This document shows positions 1 to 12,548 of a stretch of DNA of 64,000 nt, piece after piece (the first letter of the stretch is position 1; each line of letters opens with the position of its first letter). Source of the stretch: the human T2T-CHM13v2.0 reference genome, Homo sapiens. The stretch is taken from assembly GCF_009914755.1 (NCBI RefSeq), contig NC_060936.1, one strand, 5' to 3'. Made by a program: the position numbers and the translations under genes. The notes beneath the pieces were generated by a model that saw only the letters and a list, made by a program, of their open reading frames with translations, was not told the DNA's origin and made no database searches.

Positions 1-100
1 AAGAACAAGACAACCGAACTGAGACTTGACCTGCTGCCCCAAAGATAGAGATTTAAATTTAAGTCCAACTACACCAATTGCTTGCTAAGGAAGGAAAATT

Positions 101-425
101 GGCCAGGTGCAATGGCTCACGTCTGTGATCCCAACACTATGGGAGGCTGAGGCAAGCAGATTGCTTGAGGTCAGTTTGAGACCAATCTGGCCAACACGGC
201 AAAATCCCATTTCTACAAAAAATAAAAAAAAATTAGCCAGTCATGGTGGTGTGTGCCTGTAACCCCAGCTACTCGGGAGGCTGAGGCAAGAGACTTGCTT
301 GAGTCTGGGAGGTAAAGGTTGCAATGAGCCCAGATCATGTCACACTGCACTCCAGCCAGGGTGACAAAGCAACTCCATGAAAAAAAAAAAAAGAAAAAGA
401 AAAAGAAAAAAAAAGAAAGGAAAAT
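101..425 (+). mobile_element. Alu (old, AluJ/early S)
   Basis: ggccaggtgcaatggctcac start, dimeric body, A-rich tail. Confidence 0.95.
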
Positions 426-439
426 AAACACTTTCACTT

Positions 440-1480
440 TTTTTGGAGGAATATGTGAGAAAACACAGACTTCTCCATATAACTTTCACAATGTATAGTA
501 TATAATCTCAAATGCCTTACATGAAAAACCAGAAAAATATGACCAATTCTAAAGGAAAAGGACAATCAATGCAGCTCAATATAAGGATGATGTGGAAGTT
601 AGAAGTATCAGGCAAATATTTTAAAGCAGCTGTTGTAACTGTGCTTAATGACATAATAGAAAATATGCTTTCAAACGATGAAAAAATAGGATACCTCAGC
701 AAAGAAGGACAGTAGGAAAAAAGCCAAATGAAATTTAGAATTGAGAAATATAGTAAAACATTTTATATAAAAACCATCTCTGGACATACTTAAAGGCAAG
801 ATTTAACAGGAAAACAAGTTAGCGAACTTGAAATTGTCCAATATGAAGAAAAATGTTGGATAATTTTCAGATCCTCAAGGACTTGTGGAATAATATTGAA
901 ACATATGACATATTTAGAATTGAAGTCCCAAAACTTAAGAGAAGAGAAAGATTAGGGCAAAACAAGTTGAAGATACAATAATTGAAATTTTTTCCAAATT
1001 GCTTAAATCCATAAATTTACACTTTCAAGAAGCTCAGCAAAGCCTAAGCAGGTAAATATTAAGAAATTCATATGTATGAATAAGTTAGTCAAACTTAAAA
1101 GCCAAAGATAAAAATCTTGAAAACAGTTTTTGTGCATTACCTGCAAGAAAACAATTATACAAAAATCCCTCATCCTCATTATAAACTATGGGGGCTAGAA
1201 TACAGTAAAAGATATCTTTAAATTGTCAAAGGAAAAAGTAACTGTCAACAAAGTATTCTATATCCAGTGAAAAATCTTCCAAAAATTGTGGCAAATTTAA
1301 GGCATTTTCAGAAAATGAAAAGAACCCCTTGACAACAGATAATCACTATAGCTAATGTTAAAGGAAGTTTTTCAGGCTGATGCGCAATGTTTCTAAATGA
1401 GAACTTGAATATTATTCAAGGGAGAACATAAAAAATGGCAAACATCTGGATAAGCATAAAAGTATAAGGTAATCAACATA
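440..1480 (+). mobile_element. Old L1 fragment (ORF1-like region)
   Basis: A-rich, degenerate L1 ORF1-like phrases (aattgaagtcccaaaa, aagaagctcagcaaagcc, attctatatccagtgaaa). Confidence 0.6.
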
Positions 1481-3759
1481 TCTTCAAAAAACATTTGGTC
1501 TTGCTTACAAATTAAGTTCATACTGTTGCCTAGCTTATAAAGTTCTTTCTCAGACTGATATAATGCACCTAAATCAAACCCTTTCTGAGTAAGTGTATAA
1601 TTATTGCGAAAGATAGAGCAACTATGTAGCTGAAAAATTTTAGGACACATTTAATGAAAACTATAAAAACTACAGTTTCACTTCTCTGATAGACTAGATA
1701 CCTGGAAGCAGTGTTTCACACCCATTTTGATATCATAGAATATAAAAAAATAGATTTCTAAAGTAGAACAAGATAGATAAATAATAGTTTATTTATAGTC
1801 TGTCAAATAGCAACTTGGATTTGTATAGCTCAGGAACTTCAATGCATAAAACGTGTCAGGGCATGCAAAGAAACAACTTTAGGAGAAACAACACTGTTGT
1901 TTCTTTGAAGATGTTTTCACTACAAGACCATTATAACCTGAGATAATTAGGTTAAACATATTGCTTTCTTTGTAAGAAATGAGGAAATCACTAAAGGAAG
2001 GCACTTAGTTAGAAGCAGAATGGGGAGCAGCATTTGGTAAATGAATTCAAAGGGCAAGGTGGCCCTTCATGGTAATAATCTATATATTGGTGCTGAGATT
2101 CTAAGAATAAGCTCTTGGTTTACTGAAAGGTGATGGGATAAATCAGTGAGCCTTTCATCAGTCTGAAACCTTAAAAAGGGCTTCAAGACATCCAAATCAT
2201 TAGCTACACCCTGCCCTCTTACAGATGAAAATGCAGTTAATCTCTGGAAGAAACAATCTTTAATTTTTCCTTATGAATCCCATTATTGAGGTCAACCAAA
2301 TTTTTAAAAATCATCAAATATTTCAGGAAACAAGCCAACATATCAATAGGAAATACAAAGAATGAATTTGGTCACCAAGGACTTTAGATATTTAAATAAT
2401 CCTATGTATTATAAAAAATAATGTTTAAATGGTTTTAAGAAATAAAAGAAGAAATAAAAACATCACATCACAACAACAAAAAACATCAAAAGCCAATAAG
2501 TTTGAAAATACATCCCTAGAATCAAAAACTGTTATCACTGAAATTAAAAACTCAGTGAATGAGAGCAGATGAGGAAAGCAGCAGGAAAAGGGATAATTAG
2601 TGAATTTAAAGATATATCTGAAAATATTGCTAAGAATTCAGCACAAATTGACAGGGACAAAATGTGAAGTTAGGTGAAATGGGGGCTAGAAAGCAAAGGC
2701 CCACTGCACATCTAATTTGAGTCCCAGAAGGAAACAAAGAGAAATTAGAGAAAGAATTTGGAATGGTGGTTGAATAGATCAACTACGTTTTACTTTACAT
2801 ATTTTAAGTCCATTTTGTTATTTTAAGATAAACTCATTTAGATTTGGTGTACTTTCCTAATCAATTGAAAGTAGAACCTTAGGAGAGGTAACTTACACCT
2901 CTATAACAATAGAATAAGGGTAAGAAAACAGATTTGGAAGCATTTAAAGCCAGAGCTTTATTTATTGTCTCCCTGTGTCACAGGTATAAGGATTACAAGA
3001 AAGTGTTTTTGCTTTGGGGATAATGTCTCACAAAGTTAAGAAAAATATTAACTTACATTGTACGAGATAGTCTTTAGATTGTGGTTGAGGGAGCTTGGGA
3101 ACATCAAAGTTCCCAAAGACTTTAAACACCAATGTAAAATCTTAATTAATCCCCAGAATTTGAATCTAGTTTATAATTTGGACATGGTAAGTCATTCTAA
3201 TATAATTGTTTCTGGATGTTATAAAAAGATATATAATATTTTAATACAGAATTAAAATGTAAATTAAAAAATTAAAATCAAATAACCTAAGAAAATTCAA
3301 AGGCCATCTACTGACTTTTAAAATATGCAAATACATTCATACGAGAGAGCAAAAGAAAGACTAACAAAATTAGCATTTACATTTTTAAATATGTAATAAC
3401 GTTAAAAAATTGAAAAACCATCTGCAATGACCATGAATTTTAAGAGGAAAGAAATTTTAACCCCAACCTGTGCTTGCACATACCCCAATAAAAAACAAAA
3501 TAAAATACAATTATTTCAATGAAATACTTTTAAATTCATTTAAAACTCATTGTATAAGCTCATTTGTCTCATTTTGCCTTGGCCCTTTACATGTTAATAT
3601 TTTTATCAGAATTGTAATGAGTCCATGAAAAGCAATGATCTAAACCATCTGTCTATTGTGATAGAGAAGTTTCTCCTCTATTCAGATATCGTCAAAGAAA
3701 ATCAAGGCTACTATTCATGCTTGGTTACTCAGGAATTTGGCAATACAAACTAATATTAC

Positions 3760-3867
3760 CTACTGAGGTGATTGTTCCAGATTTATTTTCCCCAGTACAG
3801 TTTTTCTCTTTTGGCTCATTATACAATTTAGTATTGGATAATGAATAGTATGTCATGCAGTGTTGAA
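3760..3867 (-). pseudogene. CLECL1: Putative ancestral CLECL1 stalk exon, open and symmetric (phase 1-1)
   Basis: Pyrimidine tract then CTAG acceptor; G|GTAAT donor; 108 nt; (V)QHCMTYYSLSNTKLYNEPKEKNCTGENKSGTITSV with two sequons and Cys. Confidence 0.7.
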
Positions 3868-5786
3868 CTAGACAACTAATGAAAGAAGAAACATGTTTTT
3901 CTAATTAGATACAAAGCCCAAAACCATTAGTCTGTAGTTATTCCATGAAGTCCAATGATATGGAAATTCCATATCAAAAGTTAAATGATTAAAAATTTAA
4001 GAGAAAAACATAACTACTCTTTCCAAGATTTAGAGTCTCTTTTGCACTCTTATTAACCTTAGCAATGTTAACTTTAAGAGAATTGGAAAAAATATGACCA
4101 GAAGAATAAGCACTTGAATTTTTTCCTGGAGCTGTCATAATTACTTTAATAAGGACAAAATGTCCAGCTCTGGATATGACTCATATTTAGATCATTTGTG
4201 TTTAGTGAGTTCCTATTAATTATATCAGGTGTCACCTGGTTGATGTTTTGTATGTTTTGGTTTTGGTTAATGATTTGTTCCTTTGAGATTCTGCATATAA
4301 ATGCTGCATATATGAGATAGAGTTAGCCCAGAGTAGTTTTTTTCTGCAACGAAGAAAATATTTGTCTTTCTGCTGGCCATTTAACTGAAATTATCTTTGA
4401 TAATTTATAGTCTCAGAACAATGTATATTAGGTTATTAGTATTGACCATCTAAAACCACATAAACACATCTGAAAGTAATAAAAGTAAATATTTAATAGT
4501 GCTTGTCATTTGCCAGGCATTAACACAAGATACCATATTCAGAATATATTTAATTCATTTAATGTATTAAATATATAATCTCTAATTCTTATGTTGATAC
4601 ATCGTACTTTTAATGCTTCAACATATATACATCATAATATAGTACATCCAATGCAAGAATTTTATTAGTGATGTAGCTGGGATTTGAAAACAGGTCCTGG
4701 GTCTCTAGAGTATCCGTGAACATCGTTGCCTTCTAGAGAAACTTTTTAAGAAGATATTTTATCTTTGAAATCTATTAGTAACACATCAATTTTAGTAGCA
4801 AAAAAATCTATTTTACTAAAAAACTATTTTAGTAACAAGAAAATCTATTGCCTTCTAAAACATAATGAAAAGTAGTATAGTAGGGATTTTTAATGCTAAT
4901 TATTTTTGCTCCCCCAACCCCATTTTATAGCCCTAATTATGCCATTGGCTAGTTACATTAAAGTAGTTAAACCACTTATCCCTCTGGGCTTCAGACTGCT
5001 CATCTAAACTAGACTTTGCTGATTTCTGGAGTCCCTTCTAGTTCTAAAGTTCTACAACTCTGCTTATTTATTTGTAATAGATAATGCCATTCATAATTAC
5101 TAACATAATTCTCTAAGATTCAGTGACATAGACACTGCATTGACCTTTTCTAGGGTTTAGTTTAATCTGGAAGCCTGAATTACTTGGAATATATATAATC
5201 TGTATATCATCTCTGTTCTACAGATATTTGTAAAGAACTTTTCCCCAAGCGTTTATTCAATAAAACATTAAAATAATGGCCATATGAATAATTGGGCTAT
5301 GTTTGGCTATGTCCAAAGTACATTAGTATAAATTTATAATGCTCAATGGAATTGATTTATTTTAGACAAATTTCTCACCTGTTGACACAAGATTGATGAT
5401 ACTTAGGAGTAGCAGATATGAATAAGCATACACAGAAACACAAGTCATAATTTAATTTGCTTCCTTCTGAACATGGTTTCAGAGACATCTGTGTATATCC
5501 CAACATCAAACTGCACCAGGCAATTCACTGCATGATCTTGATCATAAAATAAGCAACTAATCTTGCCATCTCTTTTCTTTATCATTGAGATGAATTTATA
5601 ATGTATATTTTATCACATGGTGAAATTCTATAGAAAATCTCTAATTTTAGTTGTGTATCAAATTTTACACTTTTTGTGAAGTTGTACCATATTGTTTAGG
5701 AACCATTTAAATAGCAAACACAGTTACAACAAGTTAGGAGAAAAATAATACCCTGAGATGAATAAATAATATTACTAATTACTTAC

Positions 5787-5872
5787 CCAAAATATTCAGT
5801 ACAATTACTATTACCAGAAGGATAATATTATTGCACATCCAACGTTAAGAACAATTCCATGGTGGTGAGAAT
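5787..5872 (-). pseudogene. CLECL1: Decayed ancestral CLECL1 transmembrane exon (1-nt frameshift)
   Basis: TTTTGTAG acceptor and GTAAGT donor; 86 nt; reads (D)SHHHGIVLNVGCAI / IILLVIVIVLNIL across a frame change. Confidence 0.8.
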
Positions 5873-6866
5873 CTACAAAATTGAATAGATTTCACTAGTA
5901 AACCCAGCAGGTAGCTCCTTAGATGGTAAGAGGTAGGAGAGGGCCAAATAAACTTTCTCACCTATCATGTTCCTGAGTTACTTTCCTTCGAAATATGTAG
6001 ACCCAGCTTCTTTTTTTTTTTCCACACAAAACACACATATGCGAGTATTCTCTGGTTTGAATAAATATGAATTTTTCCTTTTGGTTTCACTGTTTATATT
6101 CCCCAGTATTGATCTTACTTATGATCACTGTCTGTGTCTCTGGGTTTTTATATAAGACTGTGAAACCCTCAAGATTCTCTAATAAGCTTATTGACAACAC
6201 CCATTTATTTGAGCTGATCTTTTCTGTTTCTCCTCTTATATAATGTATCCATTTCCTGTGATATAGCATTGTAATTCCATAAAACCATACATTTAAACAA
6301 AAAAGAAATGTTAGAGATTATTTTAACGCAATACCCACGTGTTAAAATGGGGATATTCAAGTTCACAGTCACACAGTTACTTGAGAGCAGAGCTGATATC
6401 TAACCTCAGGTCTCTTGACTACCAGACTAGTGCTGCCTTCGGTATCCACACTTCTCATTGCATTTGAAGTACTCAAAAGATAATAAATAAACCAAATAAA
6501 AGAAGTTGTACTTTTAGCTTTAGGCTGAAAGTTTAAAACAACAGTCTCTGGTACATAAAAGTTACAGTACATTGTTTCCACTAGATATGTGACCTAAACA
6601 CACAATACACTGAGAAAGTACTGAAAATAGCTGATATTGAAATATAATCATATCAAGACTAAATGGAATGTTTATTTGGTAGATTATTATTGAGTGCATT
6701 GTTTTATGTGCTGATTATTATTGCTATTAATTAAAACATCTTTAATAGGAATTTGTTAATTTTCAAAACATTAAAAGAAGTCCACATATTTTCACTCATC
6801 AGACAAAACAGTCAAAATTGTGGGAGTCAAGTCAGTCACAGAAAGAATGTGGTGATGTCACTACAC

Positions 6867-7180
<314 letters not shown>

Positions 7181-8169
7181 CACTACACATGTTACTAATA
7201 TGACGAACTGAAATTATGGATCCCTAAGTTTAGTAGAATAAAATTTCAGATTTCATAAAAAGACTAACATAAAAGATATTGATCATTCTTTTAGGCCTCC
7301 TAAGTAAGATTTAAGCAAAGCATAAATTTCTGGGATATTCTCAGTTCAAACACACACTCTCACTGATGTCCTGCTAAGCTTCCTGATGACATTCCTTTAT
7401 GCTTTACATCTTGGAGAACCAATGAGCATACATATATACATTCATCGTCTAATGCGATTCATTTATTTATTCAGCCATTTATAAATTATTTTACTTATCA
7501 AGCATCTATTAATTTCCTGCTCTATATTTAGTACGGTGTGAGGTGCTAGAAACACAAAGATTAATAGATTATGTAGAAAGATTCAGCATTTTATGAGGCT
7601 CTGAAATGGTAAGGAATATGACAACCTTTAGGAGAAAAGAAAAGGCCAATAGCCAGAGCAAAATCAGTGAAAGGTATGAGGTTAGAAGAGATCAGGAACA
7701 ATTGTGTAGGACTCTGTATGTAAGACAACAAAAATCTAATCTATCCAACAGCTCTTTCCCTTGATGGCGAAGTGACGCATGAGAACAAAAGTTGCGTTTA
7801 TCTAACACCACACGTATACAGCACAAGAACAATATGATATTTGACTTCTGGTCATAAGCATGACTATAGGTAGGTAATTTAATCTTCATATAGTTCGTTT
7901 TCTCATTTTTAGCATTCTAAGATTGAACTAGATCACATTAAAAGATGTTGCCCCACATCCCTAAACTGGGAAAAGAATAAGGTTTTATTTATAAAAGTTC
8001 AAACCATAGACAGAAAGGCAATTAAACCCTGGAATGCGGAATCAAAAATATTGGTTTTGTTGCTTAAACTGAGTAAAATAACCTCTAGAAAAAGAAACTA
8101 ACTACAGGACATTTTTGAAGCATAGGGGAATGACAGTGCAGTTCTAGTCCATGTTATTTTTCAAATTAT

Positions 8170-8195
8170 GTTTCACTATTTCATAGGAAGTGAAA
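8170..8195. promoter_or_regulatory. ETS-IRF composite element (EICE) plus IRF-like site in CLECL1 intron 1
   Basis: GGAAGTGAAA at 8186-8195; gtttcactatttc at 8170-8182. Confidence 0.45.
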
Positions 8196-9144
8196 GTGCC
8201 TAAGCTGGAAGAAAAGAAAGCAAGTTAGCCTCTGCTGGGTAAAATAGAGAGGTAAGGTTTAAAATAAGAAACAAGATGCTTTTACAACCAGAAAAGGACA
8301 CACACTAGATTCCTTTGATAACTATAAACTTTTGAAAATATAAAGAAGAAATACATTCCTTGGAAATACGAACAAAGTAGCAGATTCATTCCACAAGGGC
8401 AAATACAAAGGAGGAACTTTAAATTATTTAAAACACCTACATAAACTCTATGCTACAAAAATTCTTACCCTAGAGCAGAGAATGGAAATGTAACAAGACA
8501 GAGAAATTTCCTTAATACTTCAAAGAATAGAAAAGACACTGGCTATGAAAATCTATAATTTTTGAGGGGGTTTGGTGATGAAGGCACCATGTTAAGTTTA
8601 GGCATATGCTTATCGCCTCTGATTCCAGAAATATTCAATTACCTAGTCATTAATTCTAGACTTTATAAAATTAAATCTAACGTTTCATGTTTTCTTAAGT
8701 TTACATTTTTATCCTATTGATATTGTAAAAGAATAAATAACAATATGAGTAAATTGCCACAGGTATTTTTCCCAGTGGAGATGAATTTATCACATTATGT
8801 TAAAAGGTCAGATTTGATTGAGAGTGAGCAAAGCTGTGGAGCAGAAAGGCGTGATCCCGCTAGAAGTTGCTGTGTGAATATAAACATTCATCACGAGAAA
8901 TCAAGAAATAGAAAGGCTATGAAAACAGAAGCAAAGTTCTACATATTAAAACCAAAGTGGCAATTTATTTTATGAACAGACATTTTGCTTCATTAAAAAC
9001 ATTCGCTCTTATTCTTAGCATTCAATGAATTTTGCTTTGAATCCAATCTCCTCTTTTCAGTTTGGCAATTAGATACATAAGAAAGAAATAAAGGAGATAA
9101 CTAGTAAAATCTTAATTCTCAAAGGCACCCTAAATCCAGCTTAC

Positions 9145-9460
9145 CAGATCTCTGAAGTGGAAACGCGAGTTCTAACGGGGAAGTCCGAACAGTTTTGATG
9201 TCAGCGTAGACTACATCTCCAGCCATTGCACAGATCAAAAAGAGAGAGAAGACCACAAATGATGTCCCACTGAAGGGACAATCATATTTCTGCAAAGAAA
9301 CTTCTGATAAGTAAATTGAGATGGCAAATTTCCTTCTGCTCCCCAAGTGGGTGGTGGACTTCCTCCATGAATAAATGACAAAACCAATGTGTTCAGTCTT
9401 ACTAATCAAGGTTGCAGATTTCTCGAATACTTGTATGACTTGGAAGAAATTACTAACCAT
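9145..9460 (-). CDS. CLECL1: CLECL1 (DCAL-1, now often treated as CLECL1P) exon 1 ORF, 105 codons + 1 nt; downstream CTLD exon(s) lie left of the window
   Basis: ORF 9119..9460 matches the recalled DCAL-1 N-terminus (..KSATLISKTEHIGFVIYSW..MAGDVVYADIKTVRTSPLELAFPLQRS); GTAAG donor at 9144-9140. Confidence 0.9.
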
Positions 9461-9561
9461 ACAGTAGGTTCTCGTTTTTCAGTTAGTTTTCTGCCTAAAC
9501 TTGAAATGCTTTTAACTTTTATTAATACCACAGAAGATATCTCACCATTTTCTCCTATAGA

Positions 9562-9575
9562 CCACTTCCTCTTTT
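9562..9575 (-). promoter_or_regulatory. PU.1/SPIB box upstream of CLECL1
   Basis: AAAAGAGGAAGTGG on the minus strand, about 100 bp upstream of the annotated ATG. Confidence 0.55.
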
Positions 9576-10608
9576 AGTTCAGGCATATATTCTCTGGCGG
9601 AAACTCTGAATTTCCAGCATCTTCTCCAAAGTAGGATAGCTATTTGGGAAACAGAACAAGAAAAAGAAGGGATTTTATTACGAAAGTTACAGAAAGGGGC
9701 CCTATGTCTTTTATCCTCCTCTCTAAATGCATTGTATTGTCTAGATAATACCTTAAAAATTCTGAAAGCTATTTGCTTTCCTGTATGCTTTATAATATTA
9801 ACATTAAACTGAGGTAAAACATGAATTATGCAGAGGACTTCTGAACTAAAAAATATATATTTAAGAAACAGAAATAACTCTGTTAAAATAATTCAAGGTA
9901 ATGACATAAAAGAAAAAAATCTAATTTTAAAATGAGGTGTTCAGAAATTTACTATCGAATACAACATAGCAAACATAGATTTTATCTCCTATTTCTTCTA
10001 AAATTCCACTAAAATTGAATTAAGTGAATAAAAATTTGTTAGTCTAAAACAATAACACAAAGGCTCAGGGTCCTATTAGTTGATGAAAAATTTCAACTAA
10101 TTCCTGGAAAATGGAGAGTAGATGGAGATGTGATCATTGATGAAGAAGTAAAATCAGAGAAAAATGCAGCCAACACCATACAGAGGGAAATAATGGAGGA
10201 GAGCCTAGCTACCTGTGAAACCGTCATAGGACATAGAAATGTCAGATATGAAAAATGGCAGGATCCATTAGCTTATGACTAGTAGATTAACTGGAAATCT
10301 GCATATGGAAAAACTGGTTTTTTCAATACCCACTCAAGTGCATTCTGCAGAATTAATCTAAACTGCAGTCACCCCATCCCTACCCCTCATCCAAGAAATT
10401 TAACTTAGGTTAATTAAATAACTAGAGAACAGATCCTGGCTTTGTGGCATTTAGGGATCCCTCCTATAAAGACCAACTTCTGACCCTGGATGAGGCTTGA
10501 GCACCGACCTCTGTCTCTTAAGACTGCATGACACTCTCTCCCTTTTCTGGGCTGTTCCAACTGTTTGTATGTGACTAGACAATACCTACTACATACATGA
10601 AAAACTGA

Positions 10609-10897
<289 letters not shown>

Positions 10898-11182
10898 GCA
10901 TAACCAGTACATTTTAAGAGTGATAACTGAGTTCTAAGTCCATGCCATATAATTCAACTATGCTGTCTAGATTTTGAGGGTAAGACTCACATTTTATTAT
11001 TTTTATTTTCATCACTTAGTTTTGTGTGAAACATAACAGCCGCTCAGTAATTATGTGTTGAATTACCAAATCAGTTATGCTATGCTGAATGTTATAATTA
11101 GGCTATAACAGTTTTCCAGAATGAGAATAATCATTTTTCACTAAAAAGTAGACTTTTATTCATATGAAAAATATGACTGATG

Positions 11183-11511
<329 letters not shown>

Positions 11512-11599
11512 TTACTAGCATGTAGAGTATTAAAAGAGTGTTAAAAAATTAGGGTAAGTATGTCAATTTCTGCCATGAAAAAGGCAGCTGGGATTCAGC

Positions 11600-12060
11600 A
11601 GATCAATTTTGGGAATAGTGCAAACTGAGTAATATTCATTTTTTCAATCCATAAATACAGAATCTCTCCTTTATTTAGATATTCCTTAATCTATTTCAGA
11701 AATGGTTTGCATTGTTCACAGAATAACTCTTACACTTCTGTTATTAAACTTATTCTTTATTTTATTATTTTTGATGTTATTGTAAACAAAGATTTTTCTA
11801 AATTTCATTTTTGGATTGTTCATTGCTAGTCTGTAAAAGCACTATTACTATTTTATATTGATTTTTATCCTGTAATCTTGCTGAACTTGTTTATTACCTC
11901 TAATTTTTATTGCTGTTGTGAATGTTTTAGGATGACATGATATGCAAGATCATGTTATCTGCAAATAAAGACAGTTTCACTTCTTCCTTTCGTATTCTTG
12001 TTTTATTCCCTTGGCAAGAAACTCCAGCATGATGCTGAATAGAAGAGGTGAAAGCAGATC
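11600..12060 (-). mobile_element. L1M ORF2 fragment
   Basis: Typical L1 antisense phrases (atgttatctgcaaataaagacagtttcacttcttcc; ttgctgaacttgtttatt). Confidence 0.7.
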
Positions 12061-12236
12061 TACTCCATCATTTTCACCAATATCATCCCCAGGTTGGGTT
12101 ATCAAGGACTGGCTTTGCAGCATCAGGGCAACGAGTCCTTGTTATGTACAGCGCGAAGACTTAGTTAATGAATTCAAAATCACTAATGTTTATTTTTACA
12201 CAGTTCTTTCATATGCGATATATATATATATATATA

Positions 12237-12548
<312 letters not shown>

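Noticed and set aside
5379-5488. Alternative AG..GTGAG-bounded 110-nt segment with a mildly hydrophobic frame (YLLLLSIINLVST)
   Set aside because: Weak pyrimidine tract and in-frame stops; 5787-5872 is a much better TM exon. It could at most be a cryptic non-coding exon.
6087-6269. 60-aa minus-strand ORF in the CLECL1 intron with an internal GTAAG
   Set aside because: The nearest acceptor gives a phase incompatible with exon 1, and there is no recognisable lectin-receptor homology.
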